DNA from: Candidatus Scatovivens sp.
GTDB lineage: Bacteria; Bacillota; Clostridia; TANB77; CAG-508
Direction: 5' to 3'
Assembly (NCBI GenBank): GCA_045613965.1
Contig: JAZLBY010000099.1
Coordinates: forward strand, 1 to 52,280
DNA length: 52,280 nucleotides
In this document: one piece after another, positions 1 to 9,215 of the stretch
Layout: each line of letters starts with the position of its first letter
How positions within the stretch are numbered: position 1 is the first letter of the stretch
Program-made: the position numbers and the translations under genes
The notes under the pieces: generated by a model
Seen by the model: the letters and a program-made list of their open reading frames with translations, nothing else
The model's database searches: none
Told to the model about the DNA's origin: nothing

Positions 1-776
1 CTTGGGAAGATTTTTGGAAAGAAGGACATAATAATAAAATTTATATGTCCCATGGAAAAGACAATATAATGTTCCATAGTATCATATTAAATGCATTATT
101 ATTAGGACAAAAAGAAAATTATCATTTAGTTGATACAATTGTTTCAGCAGAATATTTGAATTTTAATGATCAAAAATTCTCAAAAAGTAAAGGTATAGGA
201 ATGACAGCTTTAGAAGCTTTAGATTTATATGAATCAGATTCTTTAAGATTCCATTTATTATCAAATGGACCAGAGAAAAAAGATACAAACTTTACTATTG
301 AAGATTTTGAAAATACTCATAACGGTGAAATTTTAAATAAATTTGGTAATTTAGTAAATAGAACTTTAAGATTTAAAGGATTAGAAGAAATTCCAAATGG
401 TGAATTAGATTCAGAAATAAAAGCTGAAATAGAAAAAACATATGAAGAAGTTGCTTCATTAGTTGAAGGATTAGAATTTAGAGAAGCAATTAGAAGAATT
501 ATGCAATTAGTTGAACTTGGAAATAAATTCTATGATGAAAAACAACCATGGGTAGCTAAAAAAGAAAATATAGAAGAATTTAATAATATTATTTATACAT
601 GTAGTGTTGTAATAGCAAACTTATCAAATTTATTTGATATGGTAATGCCAACAGCTTGCGCTAAAATTAGAAATTACTTAAATTTAGGTGAAGCTAAATG
701 GGAATTTACAACAGTTGAAAAAGGTTTAAAATTAGAAAATATTGAACCATTATTTAATAGAATTGAGAAAAAATAA
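1..776 (+). CDS. metG: methionine--tRNA ligase, 3' part (runs in from the window edge)
   Basis: Frame is open from nt 3 (WEDFWKEG...). HGKDNIMFH and KFSKS (KMSKS-type) motifs are followed by the anticodon-binding domain (GNLVNR, KQPW). No C-terminal OB/tRNA-binding domain. Confidence 0.95.
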   Translation, partial: WEDFWKEGHNNKIYMSHGKDNIMFHSIILNALLLGQKENYHLVDTIVSAEYLNFNDQKFSKSKGIGMTALEALDLYESDSLRFHLLSNGPEKKDTNFTIEDFENTHNGEILNKFGNLVNRTLRFKGLEEIPNGELDSEIKAEIEKTYEEVASLVEGLEFREAIRRIMQLVELGNKFYDEKQPWVAKKENIEEFNNIIYTCSVVIANLSNLFDMVMPTACAKIRNYLNLGEAKWEFTTVEKGLKLENIEPLFNRIEKK

Positions 777-796
777 TATTATGAGGGACAAAAATT

Positions 797-1477
797 ATGG
801 GAAAATTATTTGTAATTGATGGAACAGACGGTAGTGGAAAACAAACACAATTTGATTTATTAAAAAAACGTTTAGAAAGTGAAGGAATAGCTTACAAAAC
901 AGTAAGCTTTCCAAATTATGATAGCCCATCTTCATCACTTGTAAAAATGTATTTATCAGGTGAATTTGGAGAGAATGCTAAAGATGTTAGTCCATATATA
1001 GCTTCAACATTTTATGCAGCTGATAGATATGCTACATTCAAAAAAGAATATCAAAAATATTATGATGAAGGTGGAATAATATTAGCAGATAGATATACTA
1101 CAGCTAATATGGTGCATCAAGCTGGAAAAATAAGTGATCCAGAAGAAAGAAAAAAATTCTTAGATTGGTTATTTGATTTAGAATTTAACTTATATGGATT
1201 ACCAGTACCATCAAAAGTATTTTTCTTAAATATGCCACCTGAAAAAGTTAAAGAATTAATTAAAAATAGAGAAAATAAATTTACTCATAGTGATAAAAAA
1301 GATATTCACGAGAGAGATCAAAAACATTTAGAAGATTCATATAATGCAGCTTGTAGTCTAGTTAATGAATATGAATGGAATGAAATTAAATGTGTTAAAG
1401 ATGATGCAATTAGAACAAGAGAAGATATTCATGAAGAAATTTTTGGAATAGTTGCAGAAGAATTACAAAAGAAATAG
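797..1477 (+). CDS. tmk: thymidylate kinase (dTMP kinase)
   Basis: P-loop IDGTDGSGKQTQ, FPNY, AADRY and DRY motifs. Confidence 0.9.
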   Translation: MGKLFVIDGTDGSGKQTQFDLLKKRLESEGIAYKTVSFPNYDSPSSSLVKMYLSGEFGENAKDVSPYIASTFYAADRYATFKKEYQKYYDEGGIILADRYTTANMVHQAGKISDPEERKKFLDWLFDLEFNLYGLPVPSKVFFLNMPPEKVKELIKNRENKFTHSDKKDIHERDQKHLEDSYNAACSLVNEYEWNEIKCVKDDAIRTREDIHEEIFGIVAEELQKK

Positions 1478-1501
1478 ATAAAGACTCATGAGGGTATTTG
1501 T

Positions 1502-3139
1502 ATGAGAGGTAAAATAGTTAATTTATGCATTGGTTTTATGAATATAGCTATTGCAGTTTTGCTGTGTTTATTTACAGTAAATGTACCACAAGATAAAACT
1601 TTACTAACAGTTCAAGAAAATACTGTTGTAGGTTATTTAGTAAATGTAATATACATATTACTTGCAGTTGTAGCAACAATAAATGCTATACAAAGTTATA
1701 ATCATAGAAGCGATACAGTTTTTAATACAGCATACATTATTGGTATTTTTTGTTTAAGTTTTATTTTTATTAAAGAACCAATAATAGCAGCATTTAATTT
1801 AATTGCTGGTGTTATGATATTATTTAAAAGTTTAATCGAGAATTTAGTTGAGATAGATAGTACAACAGCAATTTCAGTTTCTCTGGTAGTAATAGTTGTT
1901 ACAGTAATTGTGGCAATACTTTCACTTTGTTATGAAAATATTGGAGAAAGTATTAAAAATAGAGAAAATAGAAATGAATTAGCATATAAAACTGATTATT
2001 TTAAGTATATAACTGAATTAGGTGATTCTTATGTTGAACCATTTATAAATGTGAAGAAAGATGGAAAATTTGGATATATTAAACCTAATGGAGAAGTTGT
2101 AATTGATTTTCTATATGATTATGCTAGTCCATTTGTTGAAATTACAGCTTACGGTAAAAAGTTTTATATAGCTTTGGTATGTAAAGATGGTAGCACATTA
2201 GTAATATTAAAAAATGCTAGAAAAGTAATGACTTATAGAAGTGAGTCTGATGATCAAAACTATGCTGCAAAATTAAAAGAATTGGAAGATATTTATAAGA
2301 ATACATTAGATCAAAAAGGCGAAATGAAATATGAAATAGGATACTATAATAGTAATAAAAATAGTGTACCAATTTATCAAGAAGAAGCTACAGAGTATAC
2401 TTATAGATATGATTACAATTATGAATATGATTTAATAGTTACAAAATCTAGTTTAGGTCTTGGCGATAAATATGAATTTGCTAAAAAGAACGATTTAGCA
2501 ATACGAATTGAACTTGACACAAACGATTTAGATTATGATGAAAATGCATTGTATTTATATTCTAATGGAACAATTCCATTTTATGAAGTATCTAAAAGAA
2601 CTCAAGGTTGGTTTACAAGCTATGGAAAGAAAAGTCCAATGATTGGAAACGCACAAATTTTAGATTTCTTTGGCGAAAGAATGCTTTTAAGAAATTACAA
2701 TGACAATACAGTATATTTTATTGATAGTGAAGGAAATATCTTATCAGAAGTATATAAAGACATTTTTGTTTGTGGTGACGGCAGATATGTTGTTAAAGAT
2801 AAAGATGGATTCTTTAAAGTAATTAATGATGATTATGCATTATCTTTTGATAGTAGATTTGCTGCAATAAATCCAAGATTATCAAGTATAGGATTGTATT
2901 TAACATTAGATTCAACTCAAAATATAAAAACTAATGATTATAATTTTGCAGAAATGAATTGGAAACTTGTTGGTTATGATGGAACTGTAATATTAGAAAA
3001 TATAGAACAAATTTATGATCAAGCTTATCAAGTTAAAGATATCAAAGATAAAGATGTATATTCAAATTTTGAAGAAGATTTGAAAAAACTAAATTATGAA
3101 TTTGTTGGAGATAGATTCTACGAAGAATATCGTAAATAA
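1502..3139 (+). CDS. membrane protein with about 5 N-terminal TM helices and a WG-repeat-like extracellular region
   Basis: Hydrophobic first ~145 aa. KKDGKFGYIKPNGEVVIDFLYDYASPF is a WG/KWG-type repeat. Confidence 0.65.
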   Translation: MRGKIVNLCIGFMNIAIAVLLCLFTVNVPQDKTLLTVQENTVVGYLVNVIYILLAVVATINAIQSYNHRSDTVFNTAYIIGIFCLSFIFIKEPIIAAFNLIAGVMILFKSLIENLVEIDSTTAISVSLVVIVVTVIVAILSLCYENIGESIKNRENRNELAYKTDYFKYITELGDSYVEPFINVKKDGKFGYIKPNGEVVIDFLYDYASPFVEITAYGKKFYIALVCKDGSTLVILKNARKVMTYRSESDDQNYAAKLKELEDIYKNTLDQKGEMKYEIGYYNSNKNSVPIYQEEATEYTYRYDYNYEYDLIVTKSSLGLGDKYEFAKKNDLAIRIELDTNDLDYDENALYLYSNGTIPFYEVSKRTQGWFTSYGKKSPMIGNAQILDFFGERMLLRNYNDNTVYFIDSEGNILSEVYKDIFVCGDGRYVVKDKDGFFKVINDDYALSFDSRFAAINPRLSSIGLYLTLDSTQNIKTNDYNFAEMNWKLVGYDGTVILENIEQIYDQAYQVKDIKDKDVYSNFEEDLKKLNYEFVGDRFYEEYRK

Positions 3140-3154
3140 AAATGGTTAAAATAG

Positions 3155-3190
3155 TAAGGTAAAGTATTAAATACTTTGCCTTATTTTTAT
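3155..3190 (+). terminator. intrinsic terminator after metG-tmk-WG operon
   Basis: TAAGGTAAAGTAT-taa-ATACTTTGCCTTA followed by a T-tract. Confidence 0.75.
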
Positions 3191-3204
3191 TTTGGAGGAA
3201 TGTT

Positions 3205-3375
3205 ATGGATAATAAAAATATTAGATGTAATGTTAAAAGCTGTGAATTTAATAATTGTAATAGAGAACTATGTAGTTTAGAAAAGATTGAAGTAAGAGCT
3301 TGTTTGAATAATCAATCAGGACTTGCAAGTGATGAATCTATGTGTGGTAGTTATAAATGTAAATGTGATTGTTAA
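3205..3375 (+). CDS. small Cys-rich DUF1540-family protein (56 aa, not in ORF track)
   Basis: GGAGG RBS. Translates MDNKNIRCNVKSCEFNNCNRELCSLEKIEVRAC...DESMCGSYKCKCDC, with the I-x-C-x-V-x-x-C-x-x-N...C-x-L-x-x-I-x-V...C-x-S-Y pattern. Confidence 0.8.
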   Translation: MDNKNIRCNVKSCEFNNCNRELCSLEKIEVRACLNNQSGLASDESMCGSYKCKCDC

Positions 3376-3380
3376 AAGAA

Positions 3381-3408
3381 AATCTAAGGGTCATTAAGCC
3401 CTTAGATT
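3381..3408. terminator. hairpin/terminator after DUF1540 gene
   Basis: AATCTAAGGG-loop-CCCTTAGATT perfect 10-bp stem. Confidence 0.6.
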
Positions 3409-3443
3409 ACATAGTTTTAACGTGTTTTGCACATAAAATTCAC

Positions 3444-3472
3444 TTGACATCAAAGGCTTAAGATTATACAAT
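3444..3472 (+). promoter_or_regulatory. sigma-A promoter of fba
   Basis: TTGACA-17 nt-TACAAT upstream of an AAGGGGG RBS. Confidence 0.75.
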
Positions 3473-3509
3473 GTAGGAAGTAAAAAATAAATTAAAGGGG
3501 GAATAAATA

Positions 3510-4439
3510 ATGCCATTAGTAACAACAAAAGAAATGTTCGAAAGATCAATGAAAGAACATTTCGCAATAGGAGCTTTCAATATAAACAATATGGAGTTTA
3601 TACAAGCTATAACTGATGCAGCAGAAGAAGCAAAATCACCAGTGATTTTACAAGTTTCTTCAAGTGCTATAAAATATGCAAGAATGAATTATTTAATTAA
3701 AATGGTGGAGGCAGCTGTTGAATCAACAACTATTCCAATCGCACTTCACTTAGATCATGGTCCAGATTTTGAAACATGTAAAAAATGTATCGATGCTGGA
3801 TTTACATCTGTAATGATTGATGGTTCAAAATATGATTTTGAAGAAAACGTAGCATTAACAAAACAAGTTGTTGAATATGCACATTCAAAAGGAGTTGTAG
3901 TTGAAGCAGAATTAGGAAAATTAGCAGGAGTAGAAGACGAAGTTAACGTTGCTGCTGATGATGCAAGATATACAGACCCAGATCAAGCATATGAGTTCGT
4001 AACAAGAACTGGATGTGATTCTTTAGCTATCGCTATAGGAACAAGCCATGGTGCTTATAAATTTAAAGGTGATGCAAAATTAAGATTCGATATCTTACAA
4101 AAGATAAAAGAAAAATTACCTAATACACCAATCGTATTACATGGAGCATCTTCTGTAATACCATCACTATTAGAAATGTGTAACAACAATGGTGGAAACA
4201 TACCAGGAGCAAAAGGATGTCCAGATGAAATGTTAAAAGAAGCTGGATTAAATGGAGTTTCAAAAATAAACGTAGATACTGATTTAAGACTAGCTATGAC
4301 AGCTAATATAAGAAGAGTTTTCAATGAAGACCCATCTGTATTTGACCCAAGAAAATATTTAGGCGCAGCTAGAGATTCTATAAAAGAAACAGTAGCACAA
4401 AAAATTAATGATGTGTTCTGTTCAGCAAATAAAGCTTAA
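3510..4439 (+). CDS. fba: class II fructose-1,6-bisphosphate aldolase
   Basis: ALHLDHG, SVMIDGS, VEAELG, AIGTSHGAYK, LHGAS and KINVDTD motifs. Confidence 0.97.
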   Translation: MPLVTTKEMFERSMKEHFAIGAFNINNMEFIQAITDAAEEAKSPVILQVSSSAIKYARMNYLIKMVEAAVESTTIPIALHLDHGPDFETCKKCIDAGFTSVMIDGSKYDFEENVALTKQVVEYAHSKGVVVEAELGKLAGVEDEVNVAADDARYTDPDQAYEFVTRTGCDSLAIAIGTSHGAYKFKGDAKLRFDILQKIKEKLPNTPIVLHGASSVIPSLLEMCNNNGGNIPGAKGCPDEMLKEAGLNGVSKINVDTDLRLAMTANIRRVFNEDPSVFDPRKYLGAARDSIKETVAQKINDVFCSANKA

Positions 4440-4451
4440 GGATAGTATTTA

Positions 4452-5675
4452 TTGCCAAAGTTAAGCAAAGAAGAATATATAATCAAAGCGGCTAAATTAT
4501 ACGGCTTAGGAGAGGTTGAAATCGGAGCTCTTAAAGACCATTTAAGTGGAAAAATGCCTAATGACTTTATTGTAAGAAGATGTCAATATTTATTTGATCT
4601 ATATGATATTTATGTTAGTAAAGAATATAATGAACCAATTGATCCAGATGAAAAAGGAATTATAAATTTAGATGATTATGCTTTTGAACTTTCAAAAAGA
4701 AGATTGGATAAAAGTAAAATCGGATCTCAATGGATGATTAGTTCAAATCTTGAAGCATATATGATTACAGATAGACCAAATGAACATACTGATATTAGAA
4801 ATAAATATATAGGCATATCAAAAACAAATAATTTTTTACTTCCACAAATAGCAAAACAAATGGGCTTGGAAGCAACAGTATATTATAAGGGAGTATATAC
4901 TGATCAGTACGGTACACTTTCTACCCATCATTTAACAAAAAATTTTTTGAATGATGATGAAACTTTAATACAAGGAAATTCTATTATTAAAGATAACCCG
5001 AAAAAAAGAAGAATAAATTTCGAAACACAATTAGAAGCAGTTGATAAATTTGTAAAGAAACATTATAAAAAACATAAATTACCTCAAGAAGATGCTGACA
5101 AAGCTAGAGAAGAGATTAAAAGAGGATTAATTAAGCAAAGTATATTTAATAAATTTGTATTTAATCAAAAAGAATCTCATGAAAAATGGGGGCTAATTCA
5201 AGGAAAAGATAAAAGCTTAAGACTTGCACCACTTTTCAGTTATGATTATTGTGCTGGTGTAGAACCATTATATAAAACCTTTGGAAGATGTGTTCAAGGA
5301 AAAAGAGAAGATATCGAATCATTTATGGTTCATTTTTCAAAATATCAATGGTTTAAAGATTGGATTGCAACTAAAGTTGTAACATTCGATTTAGATCAGT
5401 CATTAAAAGATATGACTAGAAGAACAGGTGTTGAGTTAAGTGAAGAAGAGAAAGAATATTATGATTTTTTATTTGGTAAAATGCATGCAAAAGTATTAAG
5501 TGTTTGTGAAGTTAATTATGATAGAAATTTAGTAGAAAAGTTAAGAAAACAAAAATTAGGTGATAAGATTTTAAGAATTAAAGAAAACGTAAATGAAAGA
5601 GTTCAAGAAATAAAAGAGATTAAAGAAAAAAGAAAATCAATTCAAGATGAACTCGATAAATACGAAGATAGATAA
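4452..5675 (+). CDS. HipA/CtkA-like kinase-fold protein, probably catalytically degenerate
   Basis: QIAKQMGLEA..Y, TKNFL..DETLI.G and FNKFVFNQKESHEKWGLI...LRLAPLFSYD align with the HipA-family FD.LI.N.DRH..NWG...RLAP.YD.G pattern, but catalytic residues are replaced. TTG start. Confidence 0.6.
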   Translation: MPKLSKEEYIIKAAKLYGLGEVEIGALKDHLSGKMPNDFIVRRCQYLFDLYDIYVSKEYNEPIDPDEKGIINLDDYAFELSKRRLDKSKIGSQWMISSNLEAYMITDRPNEHTDIRNKYIGISKTNNFLLPQIAKQMGLEATVYYKGVYTDQYGTLSTHHLTKNFLNDDETLIQGNSIIKDNPKKRRINFETQLEAVDKFVKKHYKKHKLPQEDADKAREEIKRGLIKQSIFNKFVFNQKESHEKWGLIQGKDKSLRLAPLFSYDYCAGVEPLYKTFGRCVQGKREDIESFMVHFSKYQWFKDWIATKVVTFDLDQSLKDMTRRTGVELSEEEKEYYDFLFGKMHAKVLSVCEVNYDRNLVEKLRKQKLGDKILRIKENVNERVQEIKEIKEKRKSIQDELDKYEDR

Positions 5676-5677
5676 AT

Positions 5678-5710
5678 AAAAATCCTACTTAGTAATAAGT
5701 AGGATTTTTT
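5678..5710. terminator. bidirectional terminator between kinase-like gene and smpB
   Basis: AAAATCCTACTTA-loop-TAAGTAGGATTTT between convergent genes. Confidence 0.85.
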
Positions 5711-5714
5711 GTAT

Positions 5715-6167
5715 TTATATTTGATTTTTTAAAGCTCTTTTAATTTTCATTTCAGCATCTTTTTTTGCCATATCTTCACGTTTGTCAAATAATTTTTTAC
5801 CTTTACCGATACCAACTTCAAGTTTAACTTTATTTCCTTTAAAGTACATTTTTGTAGGTACAAGCGAAACACCTTTTTGTTTAATCATTCCAAATAGTTT
5901 ATCTATTTCTCTACGGTTAAGTAATAATTTTCTTGTACGTAAAGGATCTTTATTATAGATATTTCCAAATTCATAAGGACTAATGTGCATACCATAAACA
6001 AATACTTCACCGTCTTTGATATTAACATATGTGTCTTTAAGATTTATTTTACCATTTCTGATTGATTTAATTTCAGTACCAGTTAAAACAATACCAGCTT
6101 CGATTGTATTTTCAATAGAATAGTTGTGATATGCAGTTGGATTTTTTGCAATTAATTTTTCCATCAT
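5715..6167 (-). CDS. smpB: SsrA-binding protein SmpB
   Basis: EAGIVLTGTEIKSIR, DPLRTRKLLL and GKGKKLFDKRE motifs. Confidence 0.97.
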   Translation of the reverse strand: MMEKLIAKNPTAYHNYSIENTIEAGIVLTGTEIKSIRNGKINLKDTYVNIKDGEVFVYGMHISPYEFGNIYNKDPLRTRKLLLNRREIDKLFGMIKQKGVSLVPTKMYFKGNKVKLEVGIGKGKKLFDKREDMAKKDAEMKIKRALKNQI

Positions 6168-6317
6168 TAAATTCCTTTCTAAATCAATAATTATACTATA
6201 CCATAAATGGAATTTTATTACAAGATTATAGTGTTTGGAAAAGTATTGAAAAAAATAATTATTAGTAGTAAAATAATTAAAGTTAATTAAGTATATTAAA
6301 AGAAAGAGGAATAAAAG

Positions 6318-6875
6318 ATGGAAGAAAAAGTAGTAGCTAAAAAACCATTAGTAACAATTGAAATGGAAGATGGTGGAATAATTACAATAGAATTATATCC
6401 AAGTAAAGCACCAGAAACAGTTAATAATTTCATTAGTTTAATAAATAAAGGATTTTATGATGGATTATTTTTCCATAGAACAATCCCTGGATTTATGGCT
6501 CAAGGTGGAGATCCAGAAGGAACAGGAATGGGTGGACCAGGATATGGAATTAAAGGAGAATTTGCTGAAAATGGAGTAAACAATCCAATTTCACACGTAA
6601 GAGGAGTTATTTCTATGGCTAGAAGTAGCATGCCAAACAGTGCAGGTTCACAATTCTTTATTGTAACAGATGATTCAACATTTTTAGATGGACAATATGC
6701 AGCATTTGGAAATGTTTTAGATGGTATGGATGTTGTTGATAAAATAGTAAAATCAAGAGTTATTACAAGAAGCCCATTCGGTGGAGGAAAAGATAGACCA
6801 GTAGAACCACCAGTAATGAAAAAAGTTACTGTTGAGACATATGGTGTAGAGTATCCAGAACCAACAAAAATGTAA
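6318..6875 (+). CDS. ppiB: cyclophilin-type peptidyl-prolyl cis-trans isomerase
   Basis: FYDGLFFHRTIPGFMAQGGDP, SMARS, SAGSQFFI and LDGQYAAFG motifs. Confidence 0.93.
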   Translation: MEEKVVAKKPLVTIEMEDGGIITIELYPSKAPETVNNFISLINKGFYDGLFFHRTIPGFMAQGGDPEGTGMGGPGYGIKGEFAENGVNNPISHVRGVISMARSSMPNSAGSQFFIVTDDSTFLDGQYAAFGNVLDGMDVVDKIVKSRVITRSPFGGGKDRPVEPPVMKKVTVETYGVEYPEPTKM

Positions 6876-6893
6876 TTCTATATAAATAATATT

Positions 6894-6921
6894 AAAGCGG
6901 ACAAATTACTTGTCCGCTTTT
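6894..6921. terminator. bidirectional terminator
   Basis: AAAGCGGACAA-loop-TTGTCCGCTTTT between convergent ppiB and PBP genes. Confidence 0.85.
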
Positions 6922-6925
6922 AAAA

Positions 6926-9079
6926 TTATTGTTCAAATCCATCCTCACGCGTTATAGGGGTATCTACGATGATTGCCTCATGGTTTACACAAGTTTTTTT
7001 AGGAACAGTTCCTTTTAAATAATATTCTGTATAATTTTCAGTACATGAAACATCTGCAAGTAAACCTGATCGTGTGCAAATTTGAGCAGATTCAACTCTA
7101 TAAGGTTTTTCAAATTTTTGAGCTTCTAATCCATTATGAATATTTTTCATAACATTTGACCAAATAAGTCCAGAAGGATTCTTTTTATTAAATTCTATAG
7201 TTTCATTTTTATCAAATCCAAACCAAGTTACAGCTGTATAATATGGAGTAAAACCACAAAGCCATCTATCAAATTCGTCGTTAGTGGTTCCTGTTTTAGC
7301 AGCAACATCAATATCTTTAATTTTACAATAAGTTGCTGTTCCGTTTTTTCCAAGAACAGGTTCGGTTAATAAATTTTTTATAATAAATGCTACTTCTTTA
7401 GAAAACACTTTTTGTTTTGATTGAGTAGATTTAACAACTGTTTTTGCTAATCTATTTTCAACTTTAGTATAAAAAGTAGGTTCAATATATTTTCCATCAT
7501 TAGCAATTGTTGCATAAGCTGCTGCAAGTTCTAATGGACTAATTCCTGTATCAAGACCACCAAGTGCTAGGTTAATGTTATTATCTATATCTGTTAAAGT
7601 ACTAATACCTAATTTTTTCATATAATTAATTGAAGTTCTAGGTGTTATTTGTTCCATTACTTTAACAAAAGGAATATTTTGAGAAGATTCAACAGCTCTT
7701 CTAATTGTTATATTACCTAAATAATTATTATAATTATCTGGAGAATAACCTTCTTCAGTACCATCATCAAATACAGATTTTTCATCTTTATAAATACTAG
7801 ATGAGGTTATAAGTTTTTTATCAATAGCAGGTAATAAAACTGCAATTGGTTTGCTAGAAGAACCAGTTTGTCTTGTAGCTTGTATAGCTCTATTAAAACA
7901 ACGAGGTGTTTTTTCACCAATTCCACCAACACATCCGCGAACTTCACCAGTTTTATGATCTATAACAACCATAGCGGCTTGCGTATGAGTTGAAGGATTA
8001 AGTTTTGAAGGTATATTATAAGCTCCCTTTGAAAATTCATTTTCAATTGATTTTTGTATATCTTTATTTTGAGTACTATAAATTGTAAGTCCGGCCATTT
8101 CAATGTAATTAGTTGCAAATTCTTTTGAAATTCCTTTGCTATCAGATATGTCATTTATTACTTCATTAAGAAGAGCATCAGTGTGATATGAATAATTATT
8201 GTCGTTCTTTTTTGAAGATACATCACCTTTAGAAAATTTCAAACCTTTATCTACTTTTGAGATAGCATCATTATATTCGTCATCTGATATATAATTAAGT
8301 TCGTTCATTTTGTATAGAACTGTTTTAGTTCTAGTTTTAATTTTTTCTGAATTATCTTTTTCACCAAAAGGGTTATATGAATTAGGCGAATTATTTATAC
8401 CAGCAAGAAATGCACATTCTTCTAAAGATAAATCTTTGCTCGGTTTATTAAAATAATATTTAGATCCCATTTCAACACCATAAATGTTAGGTCCTACATA
8501 TATAATATTTAAATAAGCTTCTAAAATTTCATCTTTTTCAAGAACTCCTTCGATAGCAAATGCTCTAAACCATTCTGTAATTTTTCTTGTAATTTTTGAA
8601 GAATTATCACCAGTAATATTTTTTACAAGTTGTTGTGTTATACTACTTCCACCAAAAGATGAAGAACCAAGGTTTTTAACATAATTAAAGATTGCTGCAG
8701 CAGTTCTTGGGAGATCAACACCTGAGTGAGTATAGAATCTTTGATCTTCAATAGCAATGTATGCATCTTTTAGATTATCTGGTAAACTTGATAGTTTTAT
8801 ATTTTTAGTAATTTTAGTAGAACCAATTTCAGTAATTAAATCACGATTAATATCAACAATTTGAGAAGGTGTATTAGAAATTATATCTAATGCTAAATTT
8901 TGCCATCTTGCAATTCTAATTCCACAATAAATTGCAGTAAAAAGTATGATAAAAATCGATAGGGAGATAATAGCTTTTATCTTTGTATAATCTCGTTTGA
9001 TTTTTACTTTTTCAAACTTTTCGTCATCTATATTTAATTGAATTTTTTCTTTTTTCTTAAATATTTTCAAAATCTTCAA
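6926..9079 (-). CDS. class A penicillin-binding protein (PBP1A family, transglycosylase-transpeptidase)
   Basis: EDQRFYTHSG and GGSSITQQLVKN (GT51). SSSK, SQN and KTG transpeptidase motifs. True start may be TTG at 9070 given RBS spacing. Confidence 0.93.
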   Translation of the reverse strand: MKILKIFKKKEKIQLNIDDEKFEKVKIKRDYTKIKAIISLSIFIILFTAIYCGIRIARWQNLALDIISNTPSQIVDINRDLITEIGSTKITKNIKLSSLPDNLKDAYIAIEDQRFYTHSGVDLPRTAAAIFNYVKNLGSSSFGGSSITQQLVKNITGDNSSKITRKITEWFRAFAIEGVLEKDEILEAYLNIIYVGPNIYGVEMGSKYYFNKPSKDLSLEECAFLAGINNSPNSYNPFGEKDNSEKIKTRTKTVLYKMNELNYISDDEYNDAISKVDKGLKFSKGDVSSKKNDNNYSYHTDALLNEVINDISDSKGISKEFATNYIEMAGLTIYSTQNKDIQKSIENEFSKGAYNIPSKLNPSTHTQAAMVVIDHKTGEVRGCVGGIGEKTPRCFNRAIQATRQTGSSSKPIAVLLPAIDKKLITSSSIYKDEKSVFDDGTEEGYSPDNYNNYLGNITIRRAVESSQNIPFVKVMEQITPRTSINYMKKLGISTLTDIDNNINLALGGLDTGISPLELAAAYATIANDGKYIEPTFYTKVENRLAKTVVKSTQSKQKVFSKEVAFIIKNLLTEPVLGKNGTATYCKIKDIDVAAKTGTTNDEFDRWLCGFTPYYTAVTWFGFDKNETIEFNKKNPSGLIWSNVMKNIHNGLEAQKFEKPYRVESAQICTRSGLLADVSCTENYTEYYLKGTVPKKTCVNHEAIIVDTPITREDGFEQ

Positions 9080-9215
9080 TCCTTTTAATAATTTTTAATA
9101 TAATAAGCATATCAAATAACTGATATATTGTAAAGTTAAGGATAAATCCAAAAACAATGGTTGAAAAAAATGATAATAATAGATATAATGTTTTATATTG
9201 AAAAGGGGGCGCATT

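Noticed and set aside
5676..6317. tmRNA (ssrA) next to smpB
   Set aside because: The flanks are short and AT-rich, with no tRNA-like ends.
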